In this document: positions 36,903 through 47,119 of the stretch, one piece after another | How the letters are laid out: the number at the start of each line of letters is the position of its first letter | Numbering within the stretch: the first letter of the stretch is position 1 | Translations under genes and position numbers: made by a program | The notes under the pieces: model-generated | What the model was told of the DNA's origin: nothing | The model's input: only the letters and a program-made list of their open reading frames with translations | The model's database searches: none | NCBI GenBank assembly: GCA_041691135.1 | Contig: JBEPVF010000011.1 | Coordinates: forward strand, 1-55,554 | DNA: 55,554 bases | Direction: 5' to 3' | Source of the DNA: Candidatus Peribacteria bacterium | GTDB lineage: Bacteria; Patescibacteriota; Gracilibacteria; Peribacterales; Peribacteraceae

Positions 36903-38365
36903 CAGAATTGGGCGTAGATGAAGGCATAACTCTGGTACGAGCCGTAAATCAGCAGAACCAGCACGAAGGCGTAGTACACACCCCATCGCGCTACAAGCGG
37001 CATACGCTGGAGCGGCCGCCATGCATGTTCACGTCGCAGGTATTCCCACAGTTCCATCAGGAGCATCACGCCGATGATGGCCATGAATGTGGTACGACTG
37101 AAGTTGAGCGTGCCCATGTGGGCACCTACATGCGCTAGTTTGCTGGGCAGCGCAGTGAGCGGGAGCAGATCAGTGGCAATCGCATGGACGATGAACAGTG
37201 CATCCGTGAGCGACGCGGCACGGAAGAAGATCCACGCAAAGAGGACCAAGTGGAAGGTGATGAGGATCGAGAAAAGAGTGCGAATAGCGACCGCTCTGTT
37301 CTTGAATACGCGCGTCCGCAGCGTCTCTCGCAGTGGCTGAAGCAGTATCGCAATAGCGATGTACGCACCGTAGATGCCACCCCACACGACATACGTCCAC
37401 GCTGCACCATGCCACAGGCCACTCAGCAGGAACACGATGAGAACATTCAGGCAGCGACGCAGGATGCCACAGCGATTGCCGCCGAGGGGAATGTAGATGT
37501 AATCGCGGAACCACGACGACAGCGAGATATGCCACCGTCGCCAAAAATCACTGATGGACGTCGCCAGGTACGGCGAGCGGAAGTTCTCCAGCAGATTGAT
37601 GCCAAAGAGCTGCGCGGTGCCCAGCGCGATATCGGTATAGCCCGAAAAATCGACGTACAACTGGAACGCGAACAGGTACGTGGCGAGCAGCAACACAAGG
37701 CCAGGATACGCATGCGGCGCGCCGTAGATCATATCGACCACCGGCGCGAGTGCATTGGCAATCACCAGTTTTTTGAAGAACCCCCACGCAATCCGCCGCA
37801 CACCTGCTATGAATGACGATTCTTCGAAAGTATGAGGTGCCGACAGCTGTGGCAGCAGGTGGTGTCCGCGTTCGATGGGCCCAGCGAGAAGCTGTGGGAA
37901 GAAGCAGGTGAAGAGCGCATAGCGACCCAGATGCGATTCCGGCTCAGACTTTCGGATGTAGACATCGACTGCGTATCCCGTCAACTGGAGCGCCGAGAAA
38001 GATAATCCCAATGGCACAATCCATGAAAAGTGACATGCACCAGCGCTGCCGCTCAGTAACTGGAATAAAGACACGCAGAAGAAAGAACTGTATTTAAAGA
38101 AGAGCAATGAACCGATATCGATGACTATCAGACCCACCAGAAATGCCTTGCGACTCGTATCCTGACGCCTGGCCATCGCATGGACCAAATAAAAGTTGAA
38201 TCCCGTCAGTGCCCACTGGAACAGCAGCAGTGCCGGAAAGGCCACCGCGTAGAAAACATAGCTCGCGACCAAGAGAACAATCCAACGCCAACTGGGTGGC
38301 ATCGCGTAGTACAAAACCACGACCAGCGGCAAGAAGATGAGGAACGACAAACTGGTGACGCTCAT
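36902..38365 (-). CDS. MBOAT O-acyltransferase (AlgI/DltB-like)
   Basis: PLGLSF, FFPQLLAGPIER, DFSGYTDIA, FWRRWHISLS.WFRDYIYIPLGG, GLWHGA. Confidence 0.95.
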   Translation of the reverse strand: MSVTSLSFLIFLPLVVVLYYAMPPSWRWIVLLVASYVFYAVAFPALLLFQWALTGFNFYLVHAMARRQDTSRKAFLVGLIVIDIGSLLFFKYSSFFCVSLFQLLSGSAGACHFSWIVPLGLSFSALQLTGYAVDVYIRKSEPESHLGRYALFTCFFPQLLAGPIERGHHLLPQLSAPHTFEESSFIAGVRRIAWGFFKKLVIANALAPVVDMIYGAPHAYPGLVLLLATYLFAFQLYVDFSGYTDIALGTAQLFGINLLENFRSPYLATSISDFWRRWHISLSSWFRDYIYIPLGGNRCGILRRCLNVLIVFLLSGLWHGAAWTYVVWGGIYGAYIAIAILLQPLRETLRTRVFKNRAVAIRTLFSILITFHLVLFAWIFFRAASLTDALFIVHAIATDLLPLTALPSKLAHVGAHMGTLNFSRTTFMAIIGVMLLMELWEYLRREHAWRPLQRMPLVARWGVYYAFVLVLLIYGSYQSYAFIYAQF

Positions 38366-38437
38366 GGCAGAAAGTATCGTAGCTGCTCAGGCTGAGGACT
38401 GGAACACAACCCAGTCAAAGACAGAGCCCTTGCAAGA

Positions 38438-38653
38438 CTAGGAATGGTCAAACTCAGCAGTGATTTCTGCGTCGCTCCCGGAGCTAAATAGTATTGCAAG
38501 ACGGTCTCGCTCCTCGGATTCTCTAGGTGGAAAATATCTATTTAAAAAATTAGGATCTCTCGCTAACTCTTGTTCTATTTGTTTCGCATGTTCCGGATGA
38601 ACAGACGCAGGATCGGCCTTGTAAGCATCAATAGACTTTGAATTGAACTTCAT
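38438..38653 (-). CDS. small hypothetical protein or fragment
   Basis: AT-rich ORF; no motif recognised. Confidence 0.4.
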   Translation of the reverse strand: MKFNSKSIDAYKADPASVHPEHAKQIEQELARDPNFLNRYFPPRESEERDRLAILFSSGSDAEITAEFDHS

Positions 38654-38756
38654 AATGTACCTGCTGGTAATTTGCAGGAAAAAATTTTCTCTCTATCGAC
38701 ATAATCTGTCAATAAATTCTTGAGATCACAGACCAATAACGGCAACCTAAAGCGGC

Positions 38757-39260
38757 TTAGTTTTCTAGTAATTTTAGAATTTTCTCAACAATCTTAAGAG
38801 GGTCACCTCCGGTGTTATCTAATTTAAACTCATTTTGCACAGCCTCTCGTTCACGCACGCTTTTGTTCCAGGACAATGCCGCTCTGATGTCCTTAAATCC
38901 CTCTGTTCTAGCTGAAATTCTATTCTCCAACTCACTATCATCTGTGAGAAAAAGAGTGATAATTTTAAAATCCATTCCGGCAAAGATCTCAGGAATTTGC
39001 GTTACACGAAAATCTTGTAGGTCCGTCACCAAGATATTTTTATATCCATTCTTCAAATAGTGTTTGGTCATGAATTCTAATGTTTCAAATGACATGGCCT
39101 CCTCTTTTTCGTTTGCCAATGTCCACTGCCTATCCAAATGAAATTCACGAATATGACCTAGATCAACATGCGGCGGAAAACCGATTTTATCTTTTAAAAG
39201 AGCAGCAACGGTATGTTTGCCACTCCCTGGTGAACCTGCAATAACAATGATATCTGCCAT
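38757..39260 (-). CDS. P-loop nucleotide-kinase-like protein
   Basis: IAGSPGSGKHT Walker A; NK-fold length; AT-rich. Confidence 0.75.
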   Translation of the reverse strand: MADIIVIAGSPGSGKHTVAALLKDKIGFPPHVDLGHIREFHLDRQWTLANEKEEAMSFETLEFMTKHYLKNGYKNILVTDLQDFRVTQIPEIFAGMDFKIITLFLTDDSELENRISARTEGFKDIRAALSWNKSVREREAVQNEFKLDNTGGDPLKIVEKILKLLEN

Positions 39261-39310
39261 CTATAAATCTAAGTATACAAGAACTGGCACGTCGAAAGGG
39301 AATCGACCCA

Positions 39311-40717
39311 TCAGCTCCTAAACTTCATCTTCCGCGCGGCGAAGAGGAACATCTGCAGCAGAAGCACCCCATGCCGGAACCGCTGGATGTTCGTCGAACC
39401 GTAGGATCTTTCGCGATACCGCACCGGCACATCCACAATAGCCAAGTTCAGCTTGGACGCCCCGAAGAGCAGGTCGAAGTCGCCGAACGGATCGAAGTCG
39501 CCGAAGTAGCTACGGTTGGCAGCGATATGTTCGTAGTCGGTGCGCAGAAGCACTTTGGTGCCACAGAGCGTGTCTTTGACGCGCTGACCGAGTAGGAAAC
39601 TGAACAGCATGCCAAAGGTCTTGTTGGCGAACATGTTGAGCAATTGCATCGCTTCTTTCTCGATTGGATACACCAAGCGCGATCCGTTGATGAACTCCCC
39701 TACACCGAGCGCTATCGCTTCGTAGAACTTGGGCAAGTCCTCTGGCGCCACAGTGAGGTCGGCATCGAGGATCATCAGAATATCGTGCGTAGCGGCGTCA
39801 AAACCCTTGCGAACCGCATCCGCTTTGCCTTTGCCATCTTGCTGCAGTGCTTTGACCGTGCGCTTGCCGTGCGACTGGGCCGCAATCTCCTGAATCACCT
39901 GCCAGGTATCGTCGGTGGAATGCCCTTCGACGAAGATGATCTCCTGCTTGAGTCCGAACTCCGGCAGCTCACTCAGCACACGCCGCAGATTGCCTGCCTC
40001 ATTGCGCGCCGGGACGACGATGGACACCGAATACTCTTTGCGCGAGAACGGACGTGGCCGGGCCACGACGTACTGCACTAGGCATAGGCGACGAATCAGC
40101 GGCAGATGCGCCAGGAAGCTATTGAAGAAGGCCGAGATCAGCGGAATATAGACCGGCAGGAGCAAACGTTCCCCTTCGGTGACCACCTCGAAGTTCGCCA
40201 AATGCAAAAGTGACCGCACATCGTACCGCGAGAACCAGCTCTGCTTGGGCAGTGGCGTGGCGATGCGGAGTAGACGCGCCAAACGGAGCAGCGGCTCCCA
40301 TAGGAAGTTGTAGAAGGTAATGACGATGCGTGTGCGATCGTGGCACAGCTTCACGCGCACCTGCGACAGCGCCTCCTGTACATCGCGCAATGAATTGATC
40401 GTGTCGAGGAGCAGGACATAATCGTACGATTCGCTGTGGCGCAGATTCTGGGCATCATCGACTAGGTAGGTCGTGGACGCATCTTTCTTCGCCGCTCGCT
40501 CGATCATGGCCGGCGACAGATCGATGCCTGTTTTCTGCTGCTGTGACAAAGCGGAAATCACAGTGCCGATGCCACAACCTAGCTCGATGACGCGGGCGTT
40601 CTTCGGAATCAAATACTGCATCAGGCGCTGCAAATCGCGGTAGTAGTACCAATGGCGTCGGGTGTAGTGCTCGCGCTCGGCAGCGAGGCGATCGAAGGTG
40701 TCGGTCGTGTTATGCAT
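39311..40717 (-). CDS. class I methyltransferase-like domain fused to GT2
   Basis: IELGCGIG...GIDLS; [29 protein letters not shown]. Confidence 0.88.
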   Translation of the reverse strand: MHNTTDTFDRLAAEREHYTRRHWYYYRDLQRLMQYLIPKNARVIELGCGIGTVISALSQQQKTGIDLSPAMIERAAKKDASTTYLVDDAQNLRHSESYDYVLLLDTINSLRDVQEALSQVRVKLCHDRTRIVITFYNFLWEPLLRLARLLRIATPLPKQSWFSRYDVRSLLHLANFEVVTEGERLLLPVYIPLISAFFNSFLAHLPLIRRLCLVQYVVARPRPFSRKEYSVSIVVPARNEAGNLRRVLSELPEFGLKQEIIFVEGHSTDDTWQVIQEIAAQSHGKRTVKALQQDGKGKADAVRKGFDAATHDILMILDADLTVAPEDLPKFYEAIALGVGEFINGSRLVYPIEKEAMQLLNMFANKTFGMLFSFLLGQRVKDTLCGTKVLLRTDYEHIAANRSYFGDFDPFGDFDLLFGASKLNLAIVDVPVRYRERSYGSTNIQRFRHGVLLLQMFLFAARKMKFRS

Positions 40718-41651
40718 TGGCGTTGGAGGAGGAGAGATACCATTGATACGTCGAAGCAATACCGTCGCGAAGCGAAATTTTGTGCTGCCAACCTAGACCG
40801 TGCAGCTTATCGACGCTCAGGAGTTTGCGGGGCGTGCCATCGGGCTTGCTGGGATCGAATACGATCTGCCCCTGGAAGCCTGTCACCTCTTTGATAAGTT
40901 CACCGAGTTCCCGAATCGAGAGGTCTGCGCCGGTGCCGACATTCACGATTGTATCGCCATCGTACTGCCGCATCAGGTGCAAGCACGCGTCGGCGCAGTC
41001 ATCGACGTGCAGGAACTCACGCAGCGGCGTGCCAGTCCCCCATAGCGTCACCGTCGCATCGCCGTTCACCTTCGCCTCGTGGAACTTGCGGATCAGTGCC
41101 GGGAGCACGTGCGATGTCTCCAGGTTGAAGTTGTCGTTGGGACCGTACATGTTGGTCGGCATGACGGAGATGAAGTTGCAGCCGTACTCGCGCCGATACG
41201 ATTCGCACAGGATGATCCCCGCGATCTTGGCGATGGCGTAGGGCTTGTTGGTCGGTTCCAGATCACCGCCGAGCAGCGCTTCTTCGCGAATCGGCTGCTC
41301 AGCAAACTTGGGATAGATGCACGAGCTGCCGAGGAACAGCAGTTTCTCCACCCCATGCTCGTAGCTGGCACGCAGGATATTCGTCTCGATATCGAGATTC
41401 TCCATCAGGAACTCCACCGGATACGTGTTATTGGCCATGATACCGCCAACCTTTGCCGCAGCCAGGAAGACATAGCGCGGCTTCTGCACGCGGAAGAACG
41501 CATCGACCGCATTGCGATCGCGTATGTCGAGCTCGGTGCGAGGCTTGAGCAGTAGATGATTGAATCCCTCCGCCTGCAATCGCCGCACAATCGCCGAGCC
41601 CACGAGCCCGCGATGGCCAGCCACGTAGATCGGTGCATCGAGGTCCATCAT
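40710..41651 (-). CDS. fcl: GDP-L-fucose synthase
   Basis: [51 protein letters not shown]. Confidence 0.95.
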   Translation of the reverse strand: MMDLDAPIYVAGHRGLVGSAIVRRLQAEGFNHLLLKPRTELDIRDRNAVDAFFRVQKPRYVFLAAAKVGGIMANNTYPVEFLMENLDIETNILRASYEHGVEKLLFLGSSCIYPKFAEQPIREEALLGGDLEPTNKPYAIAKIAGIILCESYRREYGCNFISVMPTNMYGPNDNFNLETSHVLPALIRKFHEAKVNGDATVTLWGTGTPLREFLHVDDCADACLHLMRQYDGDTIVNVGTGADLSIRELGELIKEVTGFQGQIVFDPSKPDGTPRKLLSVDKLHGLGWQHKISLRDGIASTYQWYLSSSNANA

Positions 41652-42520
41652 GAGGGCAAACGTGAAGCAGGAACATCTTTGTGGCGCACGATGGCATGCA
41701 CGGCAATACCGATGCCGAGCAAGAGCAGCATGCAGCACAGGAGCACAATCAGCGGTACAAAGAGCCACATGCTCCACGTGGCGAGCATCCACACCACACA
41801 GACAACCGAGAAGAATAGCGGAACAAATGCGAGGATCAGGAACATCTTGAGCGGGTTGTAGTACGCCACCGATTCGATAATGAACTGCAATGTCCGCAGT
41901 GAATCCGACACGATGCGCACCTTGGATTTACCCTCTCGTTTGCCGTACGACACCGGCATGTACATCACATACCGACCCGTGAGCAGATACGCCAACGTGA
42001 TCGTCGTGGTGAAACTGAACCCGCGACACAGCGTGGGAAAGTACGGCGTCACCGTGCTCTTGCGAAACAGTCGCAGTCCGGAATTCACATCGGGGATCCG
42101 CGTGCCCGTCGTGAATTCAACGAGCAGCTTAAAGAACCATCGCGCCGGCATCTTGAGAAACGTGCCGCGGTAATGTTTACCATGCCGCGCGCCCACCACC
42201 ATGTCGTATCCTTCACCCATTTTTTCCAGCAGTGGCGAAATGTCGGACGGCGCGTACGTACCATCCGCATCGATGATCGCAATCACATCATGTTTGGCAA
42301 TGCTGATACCGTCTTTCAAACTCTGCCCATAGCCACCCTTAGCCGGATGTCGCAGCACCGTCGCCCCTTCTTCGCGGGCAATATCGCCGGTCTTATCCGT
42401 CGATCCATCATCCACAATCACCACCTCGGCATGCGGCAATACCTCGCGAACACGCTGAATCACGGCACGGATGCCCTGCTCTTCATTCAAAGCCGGAATG
42501 ACGACACTGATCGCTTCCAT
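41648..42520 (-). CDS. GT2 glycosyltransferase with C-terminal TM pair
   Basis: IPALNEE, VDDGSTD, IDADGTY, DVNSGLR. Confidence 0.9.
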   Translation of the reverse strand: MEAISVVIPALNEEQGIRAVIQRVREVLPHAEVVIVDDGSTDKTGDIAREEGATVLRHPAKGGYGQSLKDGISIAKHDVIAIIDADGTYAPSDISPLLEKMGEGYDMVVGARHGKHYRGTFLKMPARWFFKLLVEFTTGTRIPDVNSGLRLFRKSTVTPYFPTLCRGFSFTTTITLAYLLTGRYVMYMPVSYGKREGKSKVRIVSDSLRTLQFIIESVAYYNPLKMFLILAFVPLFFSVVCVVWMLATWSMWLFVPLIVLLCCMLLLLGIGIAVHAIVRHKDVPASRLPS

Positions 42521-42538
42521 GGAAATAGCATAGAGAAA

Positions 42539-42569
42539 AAGCACGAAATCCGAAATTCGAAGCACGAAA
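42539..42569. repeat. heptamer array, left arm of inverted repeat
   Basis: AAGCACG AAATCCG AAATTCG AAGCACG AAA. Confidence 0.8.
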
Positions 42570-42579
42570 GGCAAATTCT

Positions 42580-42960
42580 TCAATTATCACCCTTATGCAA
42601 TGATTTTTGTAGTATGGAACCAAAGATATTCATAAGCTCAAATGCTTCGTTTCGGAGAGCTTTTCGTTCTGCTTCAAGACCTGGTGATGGAATAAGATCT
42701 AGAAGTTCCAGCCAATACACTGATTCTTTTGCTTCTTTACGACTCGTGCGTATTTTCATCAAAAAATCTCCCCTGCCCAAGTTATCATTAGCTTCTCGGT
42801 AGTTCGCCCCTACAGAACCGGATGAGCGAATCAACTGCCTCAGGTCCTCATGATTACTCAAAGTACGAGGAACTTTTTTGGCAAAATTCCGGATATTTTT
42901 CGAAAAAATAAGCGTCCGTTGCTCAAGATCAAAAGGCGGTTTCACAAAAGTATTAGACAT
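42580..42960 (-). CDS. four helix bundle protein (TIGR02436, IVS-protein/bAvd-like fold)
   Basis: FDLEQRT..F...QLIRSSGSVGANYREA......DF..K....RKEAKES.YWL.LL. Confidence 0.92.
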   Translation of the reverse strand: MSNTFVKPPFDLEQRTLIFSKNIRNFAKKVPRTLSNHEDLRQLIRSSGSVGANYREANDNLGRGDFLMKIRTSRKEAKESVYWLELLDLIPSPGLEAERKALRNEAFELMNIFGSILQKSLHKGDN

Positions 42961-43098
42961 AGCAAAAGTATGAACGCGCTTGAATCTCCTATCACTTTCA
43001 AAAATGTATAACAGAAGCTATACAAGAGAATTTTGTTTCACCTCTAATAAAATAGATGTTCTGAGCCCGAGAAGAACAGGCACCAATTAACAAAAAAT

Positions 43099-43130
43099 TT
43101 TCGAATTTCGTGCTTCGAATTTCGAATTTT
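43099..43130. repeat. heptamer array, right arm of inverted repeat
   Basis: 43106-43124 is the exact reverse complement of 42551-42569 (CGAAATTCGAAGCACGAAA). Confidence 0.8.
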
Positions 43131-43137
43131 ATCTGAC

Positions 43138-45003
43138 CTATTGTTGTCTGATCCATTCATCCAATAACAAGAGTGCCCATATATGATCGGAATAATCGAT
43201 TTTTGTCGTTTCGTAGCGATTGATAAATTTTTCCAAAGCTGACCTTTCGAAGAACTGGTTCAACCCCGACTCTGCATCGAGTAGACGTCCCCGCACGAAT
43301 GAACGCAACTCTGTCCGGAACCAACGGTCGAGTGGCAGGCGGAAACCGCGTTTCTTCTTCTGAAGTGTGTCGGCCGGAAGAATGTCTTTGAGGATTTCGC
43401 GGAAAATCCATTTGCGTGTGCCCTTATGGATCTGCAAATCAGCCGGCAGCTGCGCCGTCAGTTCGAGCAACTGATGATCGAGCAATGGACTGCGTACTTC
43501 GAGTCCATGCGCCATCGCACCTAGATCGACCTTCGGCATCAGATCGTCCGGCAGATAGGTATCGCCGTCCATGCTCATCGCTTTGTGCAGCATGTCGTGA
43601 GCGTGCGTGCGCGATGTCTCCGTTCGCTGGGCATACCACTGATCCGTCGGCGGGAACGAACTCTTGCCAGCGTAGAGGGAGCGTTTTTCTTCTTCTGTGA
43701 AGAAACTGAGGTACTGCAGATAGCGCTGTGGCCACGGCTGATCGAGCGTGGAGAGGAAACGATTGCCACGATAGAACTGTGTTGAAGGAAATAAGGAGAA
43801 GGCCGCCCGATTCCCCTGCATCAGGAATGCGCGCATAAATTTCGGAAGCCGCGCTAATCGCTCCGACAGTGCGAGGATGGGATACCGCACATAGCCGGCG
43901 AAGTTCTCGTCGCCGCCATCGCCGCTGAGCGACACGGTGACATGCTTGCGTGTCTCGCGAGCGAGCAGATACATCGCCACCAGTGACGGATCGGCGAACG
44001 GTTGATCATATGTGGCGACGAGCTGAGGGAGCAGATGCACGATATCCGGTTCCAGAACAATCGGGTGATGATCCGTACCAAACCTGTCAGCAATAATCTG
44101 TGCATCAGGCAATTCCGAGTCCTGGCCTTTCCAACCGATGGAAAATGTCTTTACCGGATGATCACTGAACCGACTCATCATCGCCACTGTGGCGGCTGAA
44201 TCGACGCCCCCCGATAGGAATGCTCCCACCGGCACATCGCTGATCATGCGCAACTTCACGCTCTCTTCGAAGAGAGGTAGAATCTCGCGCTTCCACTCAT
44301 CCACTGATCGTTTCGTATCCGTCTGATACGCCAGCTCCCAGTAGCGCCATGTCTTCGTCTGACCATCCTCAAGATCAATGGTCATCGCATGGGCAGCTGG
44401 CAATTTTTCAATGCCTGTGATTCCCGTGAGCGGCGCCGGCAGATACATCATCGTCAGGAAGTGATGAATCGCTTCTTCATCAATCTTTCGCGGACAGTCC
44501 GGCAAGGATTTGAGCGCCTTCAGTTCTGATGCGAAGGCAAATGTGTCCTTGGTGCGGAAGTAGACAATCGGCTTCTTGCCCACCCGATCGCGCGCCAGGA
44601 AAACAAGATTCTTGCGACGATCGTGGATGGCGAATGCGAACATGCCGCGTAAACGCGATAAACAATCAACACCGTACTCTTCGTACAACTTGAGAAGAAC
44701 TTCTGTGTCGCCGGTGGAGCGGAAACGGTAGCCCTTCGCCTCCAATAATTTTCGTTCATCCTGAAAGCTGTACAACTCGCCGTTGAAGACAAGAGCGATC
44801 ATTCCGTCGTCGGAAAACATCGGCTGGGCGGCCGCTTCGGTCAGGTCGATAATTTTTAAACGGCGCTGACCGAGTCCGACTGATCCATGCACACACGATC
44901 CACGACCATCGGGACCGCGGTGCTCCAAACGATCGGTGAGCACATCAAGCTCACGCTGGTCCACATTGCCATTGAACCGGACCATGCCGGCAATGCCACA
45001 CAT
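43138..45003 (-). CDS. asnB: asparagine synthase-like glutamine amidotransferase (glycan amidation type)
   Basis: MCGIAG, HRGPD, FNGELY, ARDRVGKKP, FLSGGVDS, SGDGGDE. Confidence 0.93.
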   Translation of the reverse strand: MCGIAGMVRFNGNVDQRELDVLTDRLEHRGPDGRGSCVHGSVGLGQRRLKIIDLTEAAAQPMFSDDGMIALVFNGELYSFQDERKLLEAKGYRFRSTGDTEVLLKLYEEYGVDCLSRLRGMFAFAIHDRRKNLVFLARDRVGKKPIVYFRTKDTFAFASELKALKSLPDCPRKIDEEAIHHFLTMMYLPAPLTGITGIEKLPAAHAMTIDLEDGQTKTWRYWELAYQTDTKRSVDEWKREILPLFEESVKLRMISDVPVGAFLSGGVDSAATVAMMSRFSDHPVKTFSIGWKGQDSELPDAQIIADRFGTDHHPIVLEPDIVHLLPQLVATYDQPFADPSLVAMYLLARETRKHVTVSLSGDGGDENFAGYVRYPILALSERLARLPKFMRAFLMQGNRAAFSLFPSTQFYRGNRFLSTLDQPWPQRYLQYLSFFTEEEKRSLYAGKSSFPPTDQWYAQRTETSRTHAHDMLHKAMSMDGDTYLPDDLMPKVDLGAMAHGLEVRSPLLDHQLLELTAQLPADLQIHKGTRKWIFREILKDILPADTLQKKKRGFRLPLDRWFRTELRSFVRGRLLDAESGLNQFFERSALEKFINRYETTKIDYSDHIWALLLLDEWIRQQ

Positions 45004-45048
45004 GGAATGATAGTAGAGCAGCACGCCGGACTCAGCTACCATCTGCCC

Positions 45049-45819
45049 ATGCAGCAGAAACAATCCGAGTGGGCTTGGCAGTGGAAGAAAACGTACGACG
45101 ACAATCAGTGGCTATTTACCGAATGGATCAAGCCGAACACGCTCGAGACGTTCCGGGACAAAGACGTTCTGGACTGCGGTTGCGGCGGCGGACAGCACCT
45201 CAACTTCGTCGCGCCGTACTGCAAATCGGCTCTTGGCGTTGATCTGAATGCCTTGGCCAGCGCAGCAGAACACACCAAAGATAAGCCACACATTTCGCTC
45301 AAAGAAGATGATATCGCCACCATGGATCTCGGCCGTCAGTTCGACATCGTCTATTCGATTGGCGTCCTGCATCACACGGATGATCCGACCAAGTCATTCA
45401 AAAACATCGCCCGCCATGCTAAACCGGGCGGCAAAGTAATCGTGTGGGTCTACAGCCACGAGGGAAACTTCTGGAATCGGACGATGCTGGAAGGATTCAA
45501 GCGCGCCATTGTGATGAAGCTGCCGCGTCCTATTGTCTGGGGCCTGGCGCATATACTGACGGTCCTCGTCTCAATTCCGGTCTATACGATCTACCTCCTG
45601 CCGCTCACGTTCTTGCCCTACTACGAATACTTCCAGAACTGGCGCAAACTCAGCTACAGCCGAAATTTGTTAAACGTTTTCGACAAACTGAATGCGCCGC
45701 AGACATGGTTTATCACCAAAGAGCAGATCACCGGTTGGTTCTCACCAAACGAATTCACCGACATTCACATCTCGCCGTACAAAGGCGTGAGTTGGAGAGG
45801 ATCAGGAACACGGAAGTAA
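45049..45819 (+). CDS. class I SAM-dependent methyltransferase
   Basis: VLDCGCGGG, FDIVYSIGVLHH, KPGG; TACCAT-N6-ATG start. Confidence 0.92.
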   Translation: MQQKQSEWAWQWKKTYDDNQWLFTEWIKPNTLETFRDKDVLDCGCGGGQHLNFVAPYCKSALGVDLNALASAAEHTKDKPHISLKEDDIATMDLGRQFDIVYSIGVLHHTDDPTKSFKNIARHAKPGGKVIVWVYSHEGNFWNRTMLEGFKRAIVMKLPRPIVWGLAHILTVLVSIPVYTIYLLPLTFLPYYEYFQNWRKLSYSRNLLNVFDKLNAPQTWFITKEQITGWFSPNEFTDIHISPYKGVSWRGSGTRK

Positions 45820-45894
45820 CCAAGAGAACCGATGTGACAGAGGTGATCAAGGAATTATTGACTCATTAGCAATATTTGATGTGTAATCATAATT

Positions 45895-46848
45895 ATGGGA
45901 CTTACTCTCGTTCTGTCGGATGGTCATTTGGGCAAAGTATCTGATACGCCTCAGGCTCGGGAGGCAAAGAGCCAGTCGTATGAAAATATAGCCGAGTACA
46001 CGCGCCAGGTACGACCGACTATTGTTATTGCGTTGGGAGATTTGTGGCATCACATGTCGGGCAACCTGCGAGACTTCGACGACGACTTGGCCATCGATCA
46101 ATTGGGATCGTTCAGTGAGGAATGGCGACAACAGGGATTCACGCTTGTCGGTATTGCCGGCAACACCGACAAGCAGTGGCTGCAGTACAATAAACAACCA
46201 TTTCATCGGTCACTGATACGGGACTTATTGTCAGATCCGCATGGTCGAGGAAATTTAAACGTTCCGCGCAATCCACTGTGGTATATAGCTGCCGAAGAAC
46301 AAGATCCCAATAACACTCACTTATTACTCCACGGACATGAATTTGTTATCAACAGCATGGTACGCAAACTCTACGCCGTGCTCACTGGAGACTGCAGTTT
46401 TGGAGCAGAGTATGGCCAGCGTATTTTCGATACGATCCAGCCCAATGAAGAATTTCACCGATTGATTGTCGCCGAAAAAGGCAGCCATCGAATGGATTAT
46501 CTATTGAGTGTCGCGCTCCGCAAAATGCTGAGCATGTCGCCCACTGTTGAACACGCTGTGTGGCAACGTTTGCAATCAGTGTACGGCGGTTTGCACACCG
46601 CAGCCCTAGGCCAAGCGGCAAAGATCATCGAGACAATCACAGAGAAAAAGGTAAAAACAGCCTGGATGGGTCACACGCATTTGCCATCCAATGACGGATC
46701 GCTGATTAACACCGGAACGTCCGGCGCAGAAAACAGTCTAATTGCAACGTTTGGTCAGCTGCATGACAACGGCCATCCCGAACTACTGCAGTCGTGGCAC
46801 CCGGATTTGCCGAAACAAGTGATCCCCTGGCAGCAGCGAAGCTTCTGA
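45895..46848 (+). CDS. calcineurin-like metallophosphoesterase
   Basis: SDGHLG, GDLW, GNTD, HGH, GHTH motifs in order. Confidence 0.8.
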   Translation: MGLTLVLSDGHLGKVSDTPQAREAKSQSYENIAEYTRQVRPTIVIALGDLWHHMSGNLRDFDDDLAIDQLGSFSEEWRQQGFTLVGIAGNTDKQWLQYNKQPFHRSLIRDLLSDPHGRGNLNVPRNPLWYIAAEEQDPNNTHLLLHGHEFVINSMVRKLYAVLTGDCSFGAEYGQRIFDTIQPNEEFHRLIVAEKGSHRMDYLLSVALRKMLSMSPTVEHAVWQRLQSVYGGLHTAALGQAAKIIETITEKKVKTAWMGHTHLPSNDGSLINTGTSGAENSLIATFGQLHDNGHPELLQSWHPDLPKQVIPWQQRSF

Positions 46849-46861
46849 GTCTTCTGAGTTC

Positions 46862-47026
46862 TCAAAAGATTGTGTAGATGAACGGAGCCAACACCGATGT
46901 CTGCGCGAAGATCAGGAGGAAGCCGAACAGAATCATGATGAGCAGAATCGGCGCCAACCACCACTTTTTACGCACACGTAGAAAGTCCCACAGGTCTTTG
47001 AAGATGGAGAGTTTTCCGTTAGCCAT
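46862..47026 (-). CDS. SxtK/DUF5989-like small membrane protein, 54 aa
   Basis: Manual translation MANGKLSIFKDLWDFLRVRKKWWLAPILLIMILFGFLLIFAQTSVLAPFIYTIF; TACTAT-N6-ATG. Confidence 0.88.
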   Translation of the reverse strand: MANGKLSIFKDLWDFLRVRKKWWLAPILLIMILFGFLLIFAQTSVLAPFIYTIF

Positions 47027-47119
47027 GCGGACATAGTAGCAAGGTGCGTGGGAGACGGCTAATTTTTGTAGAGAAAGGAAAATGAGGATCCCCTAAATCT
47101 CTTGTATCCCTTGAATCCT

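Noticed and set aside
38438-38702. Programmed slippage joining ATG 38702 to the 71-aa ORF at AAAATTTTTT
   Set aside because: One extra base would fuse them, but there is no homology or stimulatory structure to support it.
42580-42960. Diversity-generating retroelement, suggested by the Avd-like fold
   Set aside because: No reverse transcriptase and no adenine-specific TR/VR pair seen in the window.
45895-46848. LpxH and hence lipid A synthesis
   Set aside because: Only generic metallophosphoesterase motifs (GNTD, not GNRD/GNHD) and no other lpx genes.
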